Shown here piece after piece: positions 63,166 to 64,000 of a DNA stretch of 64,000 nucleotides. The DNA comes from Octopus sinensis (taxonomy: Eukaryota): NCBI RefSeq assembly GCF_006345805.1, contig NC_043011.1, forward strand, positions 11,160,001 to 11,224,000, written 5' to 3'. The notes beneath the pieces are model-generated. The model had not been told where the DNA came from. It saw only the letters and a program-made list of their open reading frames with translations, and did no database searches. Each line of letters starts with the position of its first letter. The stretch's first letter is position 1. Both the position numbers and the translations under genes were made by a program.

Positions 63166-63269
63166 ACATAAATTTAGATAGCTTTCATAAAACAATTATA
63201 ACTTTCTGTTAATTATTGATTTATTAAAGTAGTGTTTGGAACACAACAAAAGGTTTTTGTATATTAGAT

Positions 63270-64000
63270 TGGCAACTAAGTTTCTGCCATTTTAAAAAAT
63301 TTAAACTTTTTAAAAAGTTTGATAAAATATAACAACTAATTAATAATGTATTCACCCTTGTTGTTTACAACTTCTTCCCAATGTTCAACAAGATTTTCAA
63401 TACCTTGTTGGTAGAAATCAACCGATTTCGACTCGAAAAATTGATCCAACGAAACTCCGTGTATAGCATTTGAAAGAGATCGAAAGAGGTAGAAATCCGT
63501 TGGTGCCAAATCAGGAGAGTGCAGTGAGTGTGGCAGCACTTCCTAGCCATACGTTTGAATGGCTTCCTTGGTCATATTGGCGATATGAGGGCAGGGGTTG
63601 TTGTGCAGCAGAATAACTCCATGCTGCCAATTAGGTCTTTTCTCTTGAATAACCATGTTGAGTCGTTACATCTGTTGAACACAGAGTTCCACGTTGACCG
63701 TTTGGTTTTGTTCAAGCAATTCGTAATGGATAATCCCTTCCCAGGCCTACGCACAACATTGTTTTACGTGGATGAAGATCTTGTTTCATGCGTGATGTCA
63801 CTTATTTACTGGGGCTAAGCCATTCTTTACACTTCTACATATTGATGTAGAGGCACCATTTTTTGTCGCCAGTAACGATTTGGTAAAGAAATTGTTGCTT
63901 GTATCCATGAGTTGAGTGGTGACGAGCAAGCAAACCAGTGGAGATTGTGGCTCGTTGATTTTTGTTGTTGTCACTTAAAGCATGCAGAACTCATGCTCCA
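63270..64000 (-). mobile_element. Degenerate mariner running off the window end
   Basis: LPHSLHSPDLAPTDFYLFRSL; FYQQGIENLVEHWEEVVNNKGEY. Confidence 0.85.

Overview
AT-rich, repeat-saturated animal genomic DNA, most likely an octopus (inferred from the SINE/RTE repertoire and (TA)n density), with one 100-N gap at 52098-52197. The only host gene I can support is the 5' part of TTK/Mps1 kinase on the + strand: eight phase-consistent coding exons from 17358 to 62072 encoding the TPR domain and linker, with the kinase domain beyond the window. Exon 7 contains an apparent 1-nt frameshift. Almost everything else is transposon-derived: mariner and pogo elements, a 17.6-kb nested Gypsy filling intron 2, three RTE LINEs, a CR1/L2-type LINE, about 20 copies of one tRNA-derived SINE plus other SINEs, Helitrons, and hAT, piggyBac, Merlin-like and Ginger-like MITEs. 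The most notable signal is a cluster of six type I hammerhead ribozyme motifs at 44-53.5 kb, carried by five short ORF-less, Penelope-like elements that sit in or beside (TA)n tracts. One is fully canonical, and two form a 139-bp-arm palindrome with a swapped G3-C8 core. All folds and alignments were done by eye.
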